64,000 bases of DNA from an uncultured Gammaproteobacteria bacterium (lineage in GTDB: Bacteria > Patescibacteriota > Patescibacteriia > JAHIZJ01), in NCBI GenBank assembly GCA_964371245.1, contig CAYJKP010000001.1, positions 315,042 to 379,041 of the forward strand, written 5' to 3'. The first letter of the stretch is position 1, and each line of letters begins with the position of its first letter. Below, piece after piece: positions 27,125 to 35,440 of the stretch. Under the pieces are notes generated by a model that saw only the letters and a program-made list of their open reading frames with translations, had not been told where the DNA came from and did not search any database. Both the position numbers and the translations under genes were made by a program.

Positions 27125-28305
27125 AACCGATCGATGTATTAATGCTGAACATGTCCAGTTTCCAGGAATGGCAAAGCGGCATTGTCAACCGGAATTTTCA
27201 CGTCCTAAAAAATCTTTTAGCCCGGCCTGAGATTGGACGAGTCTTGGCAATTGATTATCTGCCGTTTTCCATGAAGCGGGGATTGAAATCATATTTGGAG
27301 TCACAGGCCTTCGGCGTAAAAGGCAAGGTGTTGTATCGGGATTTTACAAATCGGCTTGTCCAAATCGACGCCTCGCGGCTAGGCCGTCACCGCGACAAGC
27401 TCTACACATTTTCCACCATTGATTCGGTCGTGTCAGAAGGGTTGGCCATGCGGAGCATTGAGCGGGCCGTCCGAAAAGTCGGGCTCGATCGGCCGCTGCT
27501 CTGGTCGTATTTGCCTCTCTACACCAAACCCTTCAATCTATTTACAGACCGGCTCACCGTTTTTGATGCCGTCGACGACTGGCGCAATCATTCGTCATAT
27601 CAAGCGCAGCGTGAGAAACTTGAACGCAATTACGCGACGATCAGTGAAAAAGCGGATTGCATTTTTACGGTCGCCGATGATTTGCGTTTACTGTTCGGAA
27701 ACAAAGCGAACGTCCATTGGATCCCAAACGGCGTTGATTATGACCGATGGCAAGGCCGGCCTGATTTTCCTGACGACCTTATTGGCATACCGGCCCCGAT
27801 TATCGGGTATGTCGGCGTGATTCAGCACCGGATAGATCTAAAACTGATTCAGCGCGTCGCCGAGAAGAATCCCAACAAATCATTCGTGTTTGTCGGTGTC
27901 GTCTGGCCAGATGTCGATGAGTCGAAACTGCGAAAGCTGCCCAATGTTTATTTCCTCGGCCAGAAGCCATACGATGAATTGCCGAAGTACCTGACGCATT
28001 TTCACGTTGGCATCATCCCGCATAAGATTGATCCCTTTACGAAGTCGATGAATCCCCTGAAGCTCTATGAATACCTGGCGTGCGGTTTGCCGGTGGTGTC
28101 GACGCCGGTGGCCGGGCTGGAGATGTTTCCGGGCATGATTCGGGTCGCTTCGGACGACGAATATTTCAGCCAGCAAATCGATGAGGCGCTGGCGACCGAC
28201 AGCCAAGAACAGCGTTTGATGCGCAAAGCGGCCGTAAAACCACATTCCTGGACGACCCGAGTTGAGACGATGCTGTCGGTTATCAAACCGCAGCTTCGCG
28301 ATTAG
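27121..28305 (+). CDS. glycosyltransferase (group 1-like)
   Basis: C-terminal LKLYEYLACGLPVVSTPVAGL typical of GT-B group 1; ATGA overlap. Confidence 0.7.
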   Translation: MKPIDVLMLNMSSFQEWQSGIVNRNFHVLKNLLARPEIGRVLAIDYLPFSMKRGLKSYLESQAFGVKGKVLYRDFTNRLVQIDASRLGRHRDKLYTFSTIDSVVSEGLAMRSIERAVRKVGLDRPLLWSYLPLYTKPFNLFTDRLTVFDAVDDWRNHSSYQAQREKLERNYATISEKADCIFTVADDLRLLFGNKANVHWIPNGVDYDRWQGRPDFPDDLIGIPAPIIGYVGVIQHRIDLKLIQRVAEKNPNKSFVFVGVVWPDVDESKLRKLPNVYFLGQKPYDELPKYLTHFHVGIIPHKIDPFTKSMNPLKLYEYLACGLPVVSTPVAGLEMFPGMIRVASDDEYFSQQIDEALATDSQEQRLMRKAAVKPHSWTTRVETMLSVIKPQLRD

Positions 28306-28337
28306 GACGATTGACGATATTTTGTTAAAATAAACTC

Positions 28338-28667
28338 ATGCTAAAAGAATCAGATTACGTGAAGATTGAGACGGCAGTACCGATCAAGGATGCCGTGCGC
28401 GTTCGGCAGGCATTAGGCGATGCCGGGGCCGGGAAAGTCGGTAATTACTCGCACTGCAGCGGTTCTTGGGTTTCAGTCGGACGGTTCACGCCGCTGGCCG
28501 GGGCAAAACCAGCCATTGGTATCATCGGAAAGCCTGAAGAAGTCGACGAGGAGATAATCCAGGTGCTTTGTCACAAGGATAAAGTGAAGGACGTCGTTGT
28601 TGCCTTGAAGAAAGCCCATCCCTACGAAGAGCCGCCGATTGACATCATTCCACGATACGAGGTATAA
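28338..28667 (+). CDS. small PII/CutA-like protein (tentative)
   Basis: about 109 aa; C-terminal ...ALKKAHPYEEPPIDIIP resembles CutA HPYxxPE block; weak. Confidence 0.3.
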   Translation: MLKESDYVKIETAVPIKDAVRVRQALGDAGAGKVGNYSHCSGSWVSVGRFTPLAGAKPAIGIIGKPEEVDEEIIQVLCHKDKVKDVVVALKKAHPYEEPPIDIIPRYEV

Positions 28668-28683
28668 GTTACGGGAAAGGTAT

Positions 28684-28712
28684 TGCATAATGTCAAAATG
28701 TTTGGTAATTTG
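28684..28712 (+). promoter_or_regulatory. promoter TTGCAT-17-TAATTT ending at the tRNA-Thr 5' end
   Basis: -35/-10-like hexamers with 17-nt spacer. Confidence 0.35.
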
Positions 28713-28787
28713 CCGGAGTAGCTCAGTTGGTAGAGCAACGCTTTTGTAAAGCGAAGGTCGGGGGTTCGAATCCTCTCTCCGGCTCCA
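28712..28787 (+). tRNA. tRNA-Thr (anticodon UGU)
   Basis: cloverleaf: acceptor GCCGGAG/CTCCGGC, D-arm GCTC-AGTTGGTA-GAGC, anticodon loop TTTGTAA, T-loop TTCGAAT, encoded CCA. Confidence 0.8.
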
Positions 28788-28849
28788 GACGAACGTCACA
28801 AACCAAATCAGAAAGCCTGGCAAAAAGCTTTAAATAAGTTCATTGCTCA

Positions 28850-28960
28850 TATAAACTCACAAATCAGTAACAGTTGAAATAGCCAGTAAAACCAATAAAC
28901 AAATCAACTAATCAATCGATAAACCAATAAATCAATCATCTATTATTCTAATAAACCATC
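28850..28960 (+). repeat. CA/A-rich leader with repeated AACCAATAAA / AATCAA motifs upstream of rpmG
   Basis: seen in sequence. Confidence 0.4.
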
Positions 28961-28963
28961 CTT

Positions 28964-29119
28964 ATGTCCCAGGACAATCTCATCAAACTCGAATGCACGG
29001 TCTGCAAACACACCAACTATCAATCGCACAAAAACAAGAAGACCTTGAAAAATCGGCTTGAACTGAAGAAGCATTGCACCTGGTGCGGCAAGCATACTGT
29101 TCATAAAGAAACAAAATAA
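28964..29119 (+). CDS. rpmG: 50S ribosomal protein L33 (51 aa; below ORF-track cutoff)
   Basis: [51 protein letters not shown] with CxxC...CxxC L33 zinc ribbon. Confidence 0.85.
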   Translation: MSQDNLIKLECTVCKHTNYQSHKNKKTLKNRLELKKHCTWCGKHTVHKETK

Positions 29120-29121
29120 GC

Positions 29122-29544
29122 ATGACCGACACGGATGCCCGCCATCCAGAGACCGGCACGACCTGGAAGGTCGTTGATGGAATAATTGAAATCCGCTTAG
29201 GCGCTGACAGCGCCAGTCATGAAGCGTCGGTCGGCGAGATGCTTTGGTTGGAAGAACTGCTGAATGGTTTAGATACGCAATTTCCAAACAAGCGCTGGGG
29301 GATCGCAATTGACTTTGGTCGCTTGCCGGTCCAACAGACGAGCGCCGCTCGATTCCGCTCGATGATGAGCTGGCTCTTGAAAGAGGCGAGTGTGGCCGCG
29401 CTTGCGATTGTTCAAGCGGCGCATTCGTATAAGGTGGTAATTCAGACGATTCTGTTCGCGCTGCCGGACGCGACGGGCAAGCTGAAGTTTTTTGAACAAG
29501 AAACCACGGCCAGCGAGTGGCTGAAGATTAAAACAAAAGGGTAG
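29122..29544 (+). CDS. hypothetical protein (possible STAS-like fold)
   Basis: ORF starts 3 nt after the rpmG stop; no firm motif. Confidence 0.4.
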   Translation: MTDTDARHPETGTTWKVVDGIIEIRLGADSASHEASVGEMLWLEELLNGLDTQFPNKRWGIAIDFGRLPVQQTSAARFRSMMSWLLKEASVAALAIVQAAHSYKVVIQTILFALPDATGKLKFFEQETTASEWLKIKTKG

Positions 29545-29556
29545 ATTTATTACCTG

Positions 29557-29580
29557 GGGGCGTAGTTCAGCGGTAGAACC
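29557..29580 (+). other. orphan tRNA 5'-half-like fragment (acceptor plus D-arm: GGGGGCG-TA-GTTC-AGCGGTA-GAAC), tRNA-Trp-like
   Basis: canonical acceptor/D-arm with no downstream anticodon or T-arm before the intact tRNA-Trp about 57 nt later. Confidence 0.45.
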
Positions 29581-29636
29581 CCGCACCAAGCGCACATTAT
29601 AAAATTCAATTATATTCTTGCTCGTCAGTTAGTGAT

Positions 29637-29711
29637 GGGGGCATAGTGAAATGGCTATCACAAAGGTCTCCAAAACCTTTATTCTAGGTTCGAATCCTAG
29701 TGCCCCTGCCA
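29637..29711 (+). tRNA. tRNA-Trp (anticodon CCA)
   Basis: acceptor GGGGGCA/TGCCCCT, anticodon loop CTCCAAA, T-arm CTAGG-TTCGAAT-CCTAG, encoded CCA. Confidence 0.8.
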
Positions 29712-29833
29712 CAAGCTGATGAGGATTGATATTAATATGCTTTGGTACGGGGCGATTCCCTCCGCTCCTGCCAACACAACCTTTTATCGAGCGACCCCCC
29801 AGTGCTTTTTAGAAGTTGTTATTAAAATAAGCC

Positions 29834-30436
29834 ATGCTTATAGATATTGTGATTCTACCTCCCAAAAAAATAAGTAAATTGATTGGTGATAAAATCAAAA
29901 AGGAGATTGGCAATCACCCAAATTATTTTGTGGTAGATAATGTCAAGCTTTTCTCTCATTTGAGTCTGTGGCATATGAAAATATCAAAGAAAGGAATAAA
30001 TATTATTGTTAAGAAGTTAAAACAGATAACCAAGGGTCAAAAACAGATTAAAATCAGCTCTTCAGGATTTCGCGCCCTAAAGAAATATCCTGGCTGTGTA
30101 GAATTTGAAGTAAAGAATAATAAAGATTTGACTCATTTACAACACAATATTTTCCAAAATATTTACTCTTATAAATCAGGCGTAATGCCGGGATTCGCGT
30201 CTTTTTTGAAGATCGTATATTCTGGTAAAAAACTACAAGAAATAAAAAATTACGGCAGGTCGATAGGATTTGCACCTCATTTTACAGTGGGATGGTTGAA
30301 AAATATTAAAGATATTCCAGTGGTTGTAAAGAAAATGAGAGAGATGAAATTTAGTTTTTTTGCAAAAGAAATATATATTTGCGAAATTGACAAATGGTGG
30401 CAAGTCAAAAAGATAATAAATAAAATTAGCTTTTAG
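29834..30436 (+). CDS. 2H phosphoesterase family protein (LigT/ThpR-like), very low GC (about 28%)
   Basis: two H-x-S/T-x motifs (FSHLSLW and PHFTVGW) at the expected spacing. Confidence 0.65.
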   Translation: MLIDIVILPPKKISKLIGDKIKKEIGNHPNYFVVDNVKLFSHLSLWHMKISKKGINIIVKKLKQITKGQKQIKISSSGFRALKKYPGCVEFEVKNNKDLTHLQHNIFQNIYSYKSGVMPGFASFLKIVYSGKKLQEIKNYGRSIGFAPHFTVGWLKNIKDIPVVVKKMREMKFSFFAKEIYICEIDKWWQVKKIINKISF

Positions 30437-30543
30437 CCCAGACCAACGTGTCTCAAATCGCGCTCTGGAAATATCGCTGAAAAACCCTTATAATCTTTGC
30501 GTGGGTGGGAAACTGAACAGGAGTGGCCTGCCATAATAAAAAG

Positions 30544-30570
30544 AACAGAGAATATTGCCTCTGTTTTTGT
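30544..30570 (+). terminator. intrinsic terminator (AACAGAG-aatattgc-CTCTGTT, T5)
   Basis: 7-bp stem followed by TTTTTGTTT. Confidence 0.5.
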
Positions 30571-30578
30571 TTATATAC

Positions 30579-30607
30579 TTGCGAAGATTGAAAAAATATG
30601 TTATAAT
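30579..30607 (+). promoter_or_regulatory. promoter TTGCGA-17-TATAAT
   Basis: perfect -10 and near-consensus -35, 35 nt upstream of ATG 30643. Confidence 0.5.
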
Positions 30608-30642
30608 AGATAAGTGAAGTATAATAAATAAATATACGACGT

Positions 30643-30912
30643 ATGGCAGAACAACTCGAACAGCAATACAAAGACCTCCTTTCAGAAATTATTGCCAAAC
30701 AAGCGATCATCCTTGGTCCTGACATTGCCGTGCTAAAAGCGCGGAGCGTGCCGGGTATTCAGGTAACAAATGATGGAAAGGTGTCGGGGATCGACGGCGA
30801 TCCGCAGCAGCTTATCCAGCAGTTGGTCGATAAGTATGTCGACCTGTCAGGCCAGATCGTTAAAAATGCGCTCGGGTCAGTTTTCGCGCGCTATCCAGGC
30901 ATACAAAAATAG
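30643..30912 (+). CDS. hypothetical protein
   Basis: ORF downstream of a good promoter. Confidence 0.45.
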   Translation: MAEQLEQQYKDLLSEIIAKQAIILGPDIAVLKARSVPGIQVTNDGKVSGIDGDPQQLIQQLVDKYVDLSGQIVKNALGSVFARYPGIQK

Positions 30913-30950
30913 CTATTTTAAAATTGTCTATTTAACTGATACCTAACACT

Positions 30951-31271
30951 ATGGAGACTATTGTGCGATCAATCATTCTTTTTGTCGGTTGGCCGGTTCT
31001 TGTCGGCGGCAGTGTCTATCTTTTTGTGCGCGGCCGGGCGGTGTATCGGCTCGTGAAGGGCTCGCTCGTTGGCAAAGTAACGAAGGTGCTGGTCATTTCC
31101 ATGCTCACTGGCATGTATTGTCTCGGCGTGGTGACGACCGTCTTAATGCTCAAGGACGAAAAAATGGTCTGGCTGGGCCTGCCCGTGTTTCTGATTTGGT
31201 TTGTGACGTTCGTCTGGAGCCTCCGCGTTCTGAATGAGGCGCAGCAAGAAGCGAAAAAGCTCACAAAATAA
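30951..31271 (+). CDS. small 3-TM membrane protein
   Basis: hydrophobic ORF. Confidence 0.45.
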   Translation: METIVRSIILFVGWPVLVGGSVYLFVRGRAVYRLVKGSLVGKVTKVLVISMLTGMYCLGVVTTVLMLKDEKMVWLGLPVFLIWFVTFVWSLRVLNEAQQEAKKLTK

Positions 31272-31333
31272 TCCAAACGGACAGGGTAGCGGCGTTGTCA
31301 TAAACAACGGTTGCGGCCGTTGATATACATACT

Positions 31334-33088
31334 ATGAATTTCGTATCCATTATTATTGGACTCCTGGGCATTGTCGCGATTGTTTTTGGAGTCTTTTTTT
31401 GCCGGCATTTTTTTCGTCAGCGTAAAATATTGGAAGAAAAAGCGCGCCACATGGAACGGCGCATGTTTGAATTGTCGATCTTAAAAGAGCTCGGCGATCG
31501 GATTGGTTACTCGCTCAACGTTCAGAACATCGTTGATATTATTACCGGTTCGCTTCACCAATTTATCGAGTACAGCGCAGTTTCGTACATGCTCCTGGAA
31601 CCGGAAAAGCTCATCTTCAAGGTCCACCTCGAGAAGTCGGTCTCACGGAAATTTATCAACGACATAAAGGATCGGATGCAAAAATCGCTCTCGGCCTTGC
31701 TGAATAAGGACATGCAGAAGATGACGGTCGAGGAGGTCTTGTCAGGTGCGATCGTCGTCGACGAAACCGACGCACCCGTGCAGTCGTTTTTTAACATCCC
31801 GCTGGTCATCGGCGAAAAGGTCGTTGGTGTTCTGACCGTCGCGCATACCACGGCGGGTTTGTACAAGGAAGAAGAAACCACGATACTCTATAAGATAACC
31901 CGGCAGGCTTCCCAGGCAGTGACGCGTTTGCAGGAGGTCATCACAATCGAGCAGCGAAAATTGAACGCCATGGTGGCGAGCATTACCGAGGGGGTCGTGA
32001 TGACTGATCGCGATTACCGCGTCGTGGTGGTGAATCCGGTGGCGCGGCAAATCATCGGGCTTAATGACCGTCAGGAGGTGACCATTTTTGATTTTATCGA
32101 TCGTCTCGGCGGCAAGTTTGATATTCGCGGACGGCTCGAGGAAAGCGTCAAGCTTGATAAAACAATGTTAGCTGACGACGTGATTATTGGCGATCGTTCG
32201 TTTCAGATATTCGTTTCGCCGGTCAAAGGGACAATCGGTTTGAATACCAGCGAGGTCTTGGGCGGCGTGGTAATTTTTCATGACATTACCCATGATAAGG
32301 AATTAGAGAAACTGCGTGAGGACTTTACTTCGATGATGGTTCACGAACTCCGGTCACCGCTGGCAGCGATAAAAATGATGACGCAGTATCTCGACAAGAA
32401 GAAAACCGGCAAAAGCCAGAAAACCCAAGGTCAGTATAATCAGCTGATCCAAAAAAACGCGGTCAGCATGCTCAACCTGGTCAACGACCTGCTCGATGTG
32501 GCAAAGCTCGAATCCGGTCGGTTTGAGGTCCACCTCGAGCCGATGAATATCGCCACCACAATAAAAGACAAAGTGGCCTTCTATGAACCGTTAGCCAAGA
32601 ATCGGGAAATCGATCTCCAGGTTCAGCTGGCCGCAAACCTGCCGGAAGAAATCAATGGCGACACTGTCCGGATCGGCCAGGTACTCGGTAATTTGATTTC
32701 CAATTCACTTAAATACACGCATGGTGGTGGGATGGTAACAATCCAATGTTTCGTCCACAAAAAAGGACGGTCCTGGAGTGAGGAAGCGGCGCACGAAAAC
32801 ATCCGTTGGTTCCTGCCGGCAAAAAACGATCCGAAGCTTCAAGCCGTCCCGGACACGGTCGTCGTGGCGATTACCGATACCGGCGATGGTATTGCCGCGG
32901 CGAATATCCCTCAGCTGTTTAACAAATTCGTCCAATTCCGGTCTCGGGCCACGGACGAAGAAGGCCAAAAAGGCACCGGCCTCGGTTTGGTAATTGCCAA
33001 GGGGATTGTTGAGGCGCATAATGGAACTATCGGCGTTGCTTCCGAGGAAAGCCACGGGAGTACGTTTTATTTCACGCTGCCGATGTAA
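31334..33088 (+). CDS. sensor histidine kinase (TM, GAF/PAS-like, HisKA, HATPase_c)
   Basis: H-box HELRSPLAAIK; G2 box GTGLGLVIAKGIVEAHNG; N-terminal TM helix. Confidence 0.85.
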   Translation: MNFVSIIIGLLGIVAIVFGVFFCRHFFRQRKILEEKARHMERRMFELSILKELGDRIGYSLNVQNIVDIITGSLHQFIEYSAVSYMLLEPEKLIFKVHLEKSVSRKFINDIKDRMQKSLSALLNKDMQKMTVEEVLSGAIVVDETDAPVQSFFNIPLVIGEKVVGVLTVAHTTAGLYKEEETTILYKITRQASQAVTRLQEVITIEQRKLNAMVASITEGVVMTDRDYRVVVVNPVARQIIGLNDRQEVTIFDFIDRLGGKFDIRGRLEESVKLDKTMLADDVIIGDRSFQIFVSPVKGTIGLNTSEVLGGVVIFHDITHDKELEKLREDFTSMMVHELRSPLAAIKMMTQYLDKKKTGKSQKTQGQYNQLIQKNAVSMLNLVNDLLDVAKLESGRFEVHLEPMNIATTIKDKVAFYEPLAKNREIDLQVQLAANLPEEINGDTVRIGQVLGNLISNSLKYTHGGGMVTIQCFVHKKGRSWSEEAAHENIRWFLPAKNDPKLQAVPDTVVVAITDTGDGIAAANIPQLFNKFVQFRSRATDEEGQKGTGLGLVIAKGIVEAHNGTIGVASEESHGSTFYFTLPM

Positions 33089-33111
33089 GAAATTTATAAA
33101 ATATACACGAT

Positions 33112-33612
33112 ATGAAAAAAACTCCCCCAAGCGAATTTTCAGCGGACAACCAATCACATTCGGTTCTCGTCGCTGATGATAATATCGCCACGCTCGAAGT
33201 TCTTACTGATGCGCTGAAGGACGCTGGTTTCATGGTCTATCCAGCCAAGGACGGGCAAGAAGCGCTCGATCTCGCGCTGAAGAAACATCCTGACATCATC
33301 CTCTTAGACATTCAGATGCCGAAGATGGACGGTATCAGCATGTTAACCGAGTTGCGCAAAGATCGCTGGGGGCGGTACGCAATGGTAATTCTGCTGACCC
33401 ACCTGACCGGCTCGGAGCGGGTCGCCAAGGCAATACAGTTAGGTGCGTTTGATTACCTCCAAAAGGCGAACTGGGACCTTGATTCAATCGTTGATCAGGT
33501 GAAGAAGCGCATTGCTTTAAAAGTTGAAGCTGAAAAGAGAAAAACCAAATATAAACTCAAGCCCATACCAGGGCCAAAGAAAGAAATGGGTCAACGCAGA
33601 AAGATATCGTAA
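33112..33612 (+). CDS. stand-alone response regulator receiver (CheY-like) with Lys-rich tail
   Basis: VLVADDN...ILLDIQMPKMDG...LLT receiver motifs; adjacent to the kinase. Confidence 0.85.
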   Translation: MKKTPPSEFSADNQSHSVLVADDNIATLEVLTDALKDAGFMVYPAKDGQEALDLALKKHPDIILLDIQMPKMDGISMLTELRKDRWGRYAMVILLTHLTGSERVAKAIQLGAFDYLQKANWDLDSIVDQVKKRIALKVEAEKRKTKYKLKPIPGPKKEMGQRRKIS

Positions 33613-33694
33613 GTTTTTTTGATCCCTCTCAGTATTTTGTCAAACAAGGTTTTCGACTAGTCGGTACGATAATCATAACGCGTAATAAGACACT

Positions 33695-34021
33695 ATGCGG
33701 ACATCAATAAGTCGGAAGCGGTCGATGCAAAAGCTTTTCGCTAAAATTTTTTACTGGGCTGGCACACTGCTGTTTATTGGCGTCGTAGTAATAGCGGTGA
33801 TATTAAAAAAGGCTGTCGATCAGCCGCTGACACCGGCGCTACAAAATTCCTTGATCGTCCTATTAGGCGTGAGCACGGCCGCTCTCTGTCTGGGTATAGT
33901 GAATTTTTCAGTGTATTTTATCCGCCGCGGTGCGCTCGCACCTGAGGAAGTGAAGATACCCAGAAAATATTATTTAGTGATAGTTGTCTTTCTCGCGCTG
34001 CTCGGTTTGTCAGCCATTTGA
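33695..34021 (+). CDS. hypothetical 3-TM membrane protein
   Basis: hydrophobic ORF. Confidence 0.45.
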   Translation: MRTSISRKRSMQKLFAKIFYWAGTLLFIGVVVIAVILKKAVDQPLTPALQNSLIVLLGVSTAALCLGIVNFSVYFIRRGALAPEEVKIPRKYYLVIVVFLALLGLSAI

Positions 34022-34046
34022 TCATACTACAGGCCATTTCATAGGC

Positions 34047-34077
34047 AAAAAGCCATCCTAACGCGGATGGTTTTTTG
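34047..34077 (+). terminator. intrinsic terminator (GCCATCC-taacgc-GGATGG, T6)
   Basis: stem plus T-run. Confidence 0.6.
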
Positions 34078-34082
34078 CTAAC

Positions 34083-34110
34083 TTGACATTTTCAGCGGTT
34101 GTTGTAGGAT
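34083..34110 (+). promoter_or_regulatory. promoter TTGACA-16-TAGGAT for the high-GC cassette gene
   Basis: consensus -35. Confidence 0.4.
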
Positions 34111-34179
34111 GTCCATTGTTGTACCCAGGCCGAGGTTTTCGGCCACGACGCACACCCAGACAGGGAGGAGGGTCAGAAC

Positions 34180-34617
34180 ATGGCCATTCGGGTCGCGGTG
34201 ATCGAGACGTGGGACGAGACGGATGTTCTGGAGGGCATGACGGCGCAGCAGGCACTGGCGGCGACCGGCGTGGAGTTCGATCCGGAGACCCAACGCCTGG
34301 TGAGCGCGAAGGACGGCGAGATCAAGCCGGATGCGATCGTCCAGGACGGCGACACCATCTTCGTCGAGGCGCTCGAGGGCGATGACGCCGATGAGGTCGT
34401 CGACGACGAGGCCGATCCGGGCAAGAAGACCGGTGACGACGCGGTGGTCGACGAGGCCGATCCGGGCAAGAAGACCGGTGACGACGCGGTGGTCGACGAG
34501 GCCGATCCGGGCAAGAAGACCGGTGACGACGCGGTGGTCGGCGAGGCTGGCGCGGGCGGCGGAGGCGGCGAGGCCGTCGAGGCTGCGGCTGGCGGAGCCG
34601 GGGCTGCGAAGGAGTAG
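34180..34617 (+). CDS. ThiS/MoaD-like beta-grasp domain protein with acidic tail containing 3 perfect 15-aa tandem repeats (DEADPGKKTGDDAVV), about 68% GC
   Basis: AGGGAGGAGGG RBS; ...IVQDGDTIFV resembles the ThiS/MoaD C-terminal strand but lacks GG; 45-bp perfect tandem repeats. Confidence 0.55.
   Translation: MAIRVAVIETWDETDVLEGMTAQQALAATGVEFDPETQRLVSAKDGEIKPDAIVQDGDTIFVEALEGDDADEVVDDEADPGKKTGDDAVVDEADPGKKTGDDAVVDEADPGKKTGDDAVVGEAGAGGGGGEAVEAAAGGAGAAKE
34405..34539 (+). repeat. 3 perfect tandem copies of a 45-bp coding repeat
   Basis: GACGAGGCCGATCCGGGCAAGAAGACCGGTGACGACGCGGTGGTC x3. Confidence 0.9.
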
Positions 34618-34648
34618 CGGCTAGTCGTCTGAGACGGCTGGACCGTGG

Positions 34649-34678
34649 CGGGGCTTGATTGAAGAGCCCCGTTTTTTC
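34649..34678 (+). terminator. intrinsic terminator (CGGGGCT-tgattgaag-AGCCCCG, T6)
   Basis: 7-bp GC stem plus T6. Confidence 0.7.
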
Positions 34679-34723
34679 TTAGCTTTGTTTGCGGTAAAGG
34701 GCATCGCGTGATATACTGAAACC

Positions 34724-34864
34724 ATGAAAAAGCAAATTATTATTTTAGCCATTGTAGCGGCCATCGCTGTTTTAGTCTTCTTTTGGCTGACGTCGATCCG
34801 TAAAAATCTGGAAAAAACCGCTTATCATCAAATAAAAGCCGTGGCTGCGGCCGTGGAAATCTAA
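34724..34864 (+). CDS. small single-TM protein (46 aa; below ORF-track cutoff)
   Basis: MKKQIIILAIVAAIAVLVFFWLTS...; TATACT -10 just upstream. Confidence 0.3.
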   Translation: MKKQIIILAIVAAIAVLVFFWLTSIRKNLEKTAYHQIKAVAAAVEI

Positions 34865-34876
34865 CCAGCTACTTTA

Positions 34877-35098
34877 GTGAATCATATGGAGCATAAACCA
34901 CGTACAGATCTTATTAAAAGTGGGATTAAGTTTGAGGAGGAGTTTGTCGATGTCTTGGCACGTCGGATCGCTGAAACAAGGGAGTTTGGAGAGTTAGAAG
35001 AAGAAAAGAAAGACAAGATAATAAATATCCTTGATATTCTGTTGAATGAGTCAGCCCGTCACGGGATACTGTTACAAAATATACTGGATAAATACTAG
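34877..35098 (+). CDS. ferritin/rubrerythrin-like half-domain protein (first ExxH half)
   Basis: ...LNESARHGILLQNIL ExxH motif; 5 nt upstream of a second half-domain ORF. Confidence 0.4.
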   Translation: MNHMEHKPRTDLIKSGIKFEEEFVDVLARRIAETREFGELEEEKKDKIINILDILLNESARHGILLQNILDKY

Positions 35099-35103
35099 GA
35101 CGT

Positions 35104-35301
35104 ATGAATGATCATCGAACAACACTCATCAGAGAATTCGTGGAATTGAAAGAAATGGAGTTGAATGCCGGGGGTCTTTATCAATCTATTTTGCCAAGCA
35201 TATCTGATCCGGCTGACCTGAAGATTTTAGAGGGGATTATTGCCGATGAGAAGCGGCACGCGGCGATGGTTCAGGGGATTATCGATATTCTGGAGTCTTA
35301 G
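35104..35301 (+). CDS. ferritin/rubrerythrin-like half-domain protein (second ExxH half)
   Basis: ...IADEKRHAAMVQGII ExxH motif. Confidence 0.4.
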   Translation: MNDHRTTLIREFVELKEMELNAGGLYQSILPSISDPADLKILEGIIADEKRHAAMVQGIIDILES

Positions 35302-35401
35302 TCCGGCATCGGGGAACGGTGAAAGGCGGGCAAAAGGTTATTATTCCCTGGGCATACGGCTTGACACCATGCCAAAATCCGATATACTCATGAAGTCCCA
35401 G

Positions 35402-35427
35402 GTCGGGCTGCCCCGGCGTTTTTTTTA
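35402..35427 (+). terminator. intrinsic terminator (GC hairpin plus T8)
   Basis: CGGGCTGCCCCGGCG followed by TTTTTTTT. Confidence 0.5.
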
Positions 35428-35440
35428 CCGCCTTACCACA

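Noticed and set aside
29557-29711. Single intron-containing tRNA-Trp (5' half at 29557 spliced to the 3' portion ending 29711)
   Set aside because: A contiguous, fully valid tRNA-Trp cloverleaf exists at 29637-29711. The implied intron position in the D-stem region is not a known bacterial intron site. It is kept as an orphan fragment instead.
30453-30725. Minus-strand ORF 30453..30725
   Set aside because: It overlaps a clear + strand terminator and promoter (30544-30607) and the start of the 30643 gene. Its product is a low-complexity Ser/Tyr/Phe-rich sequence.
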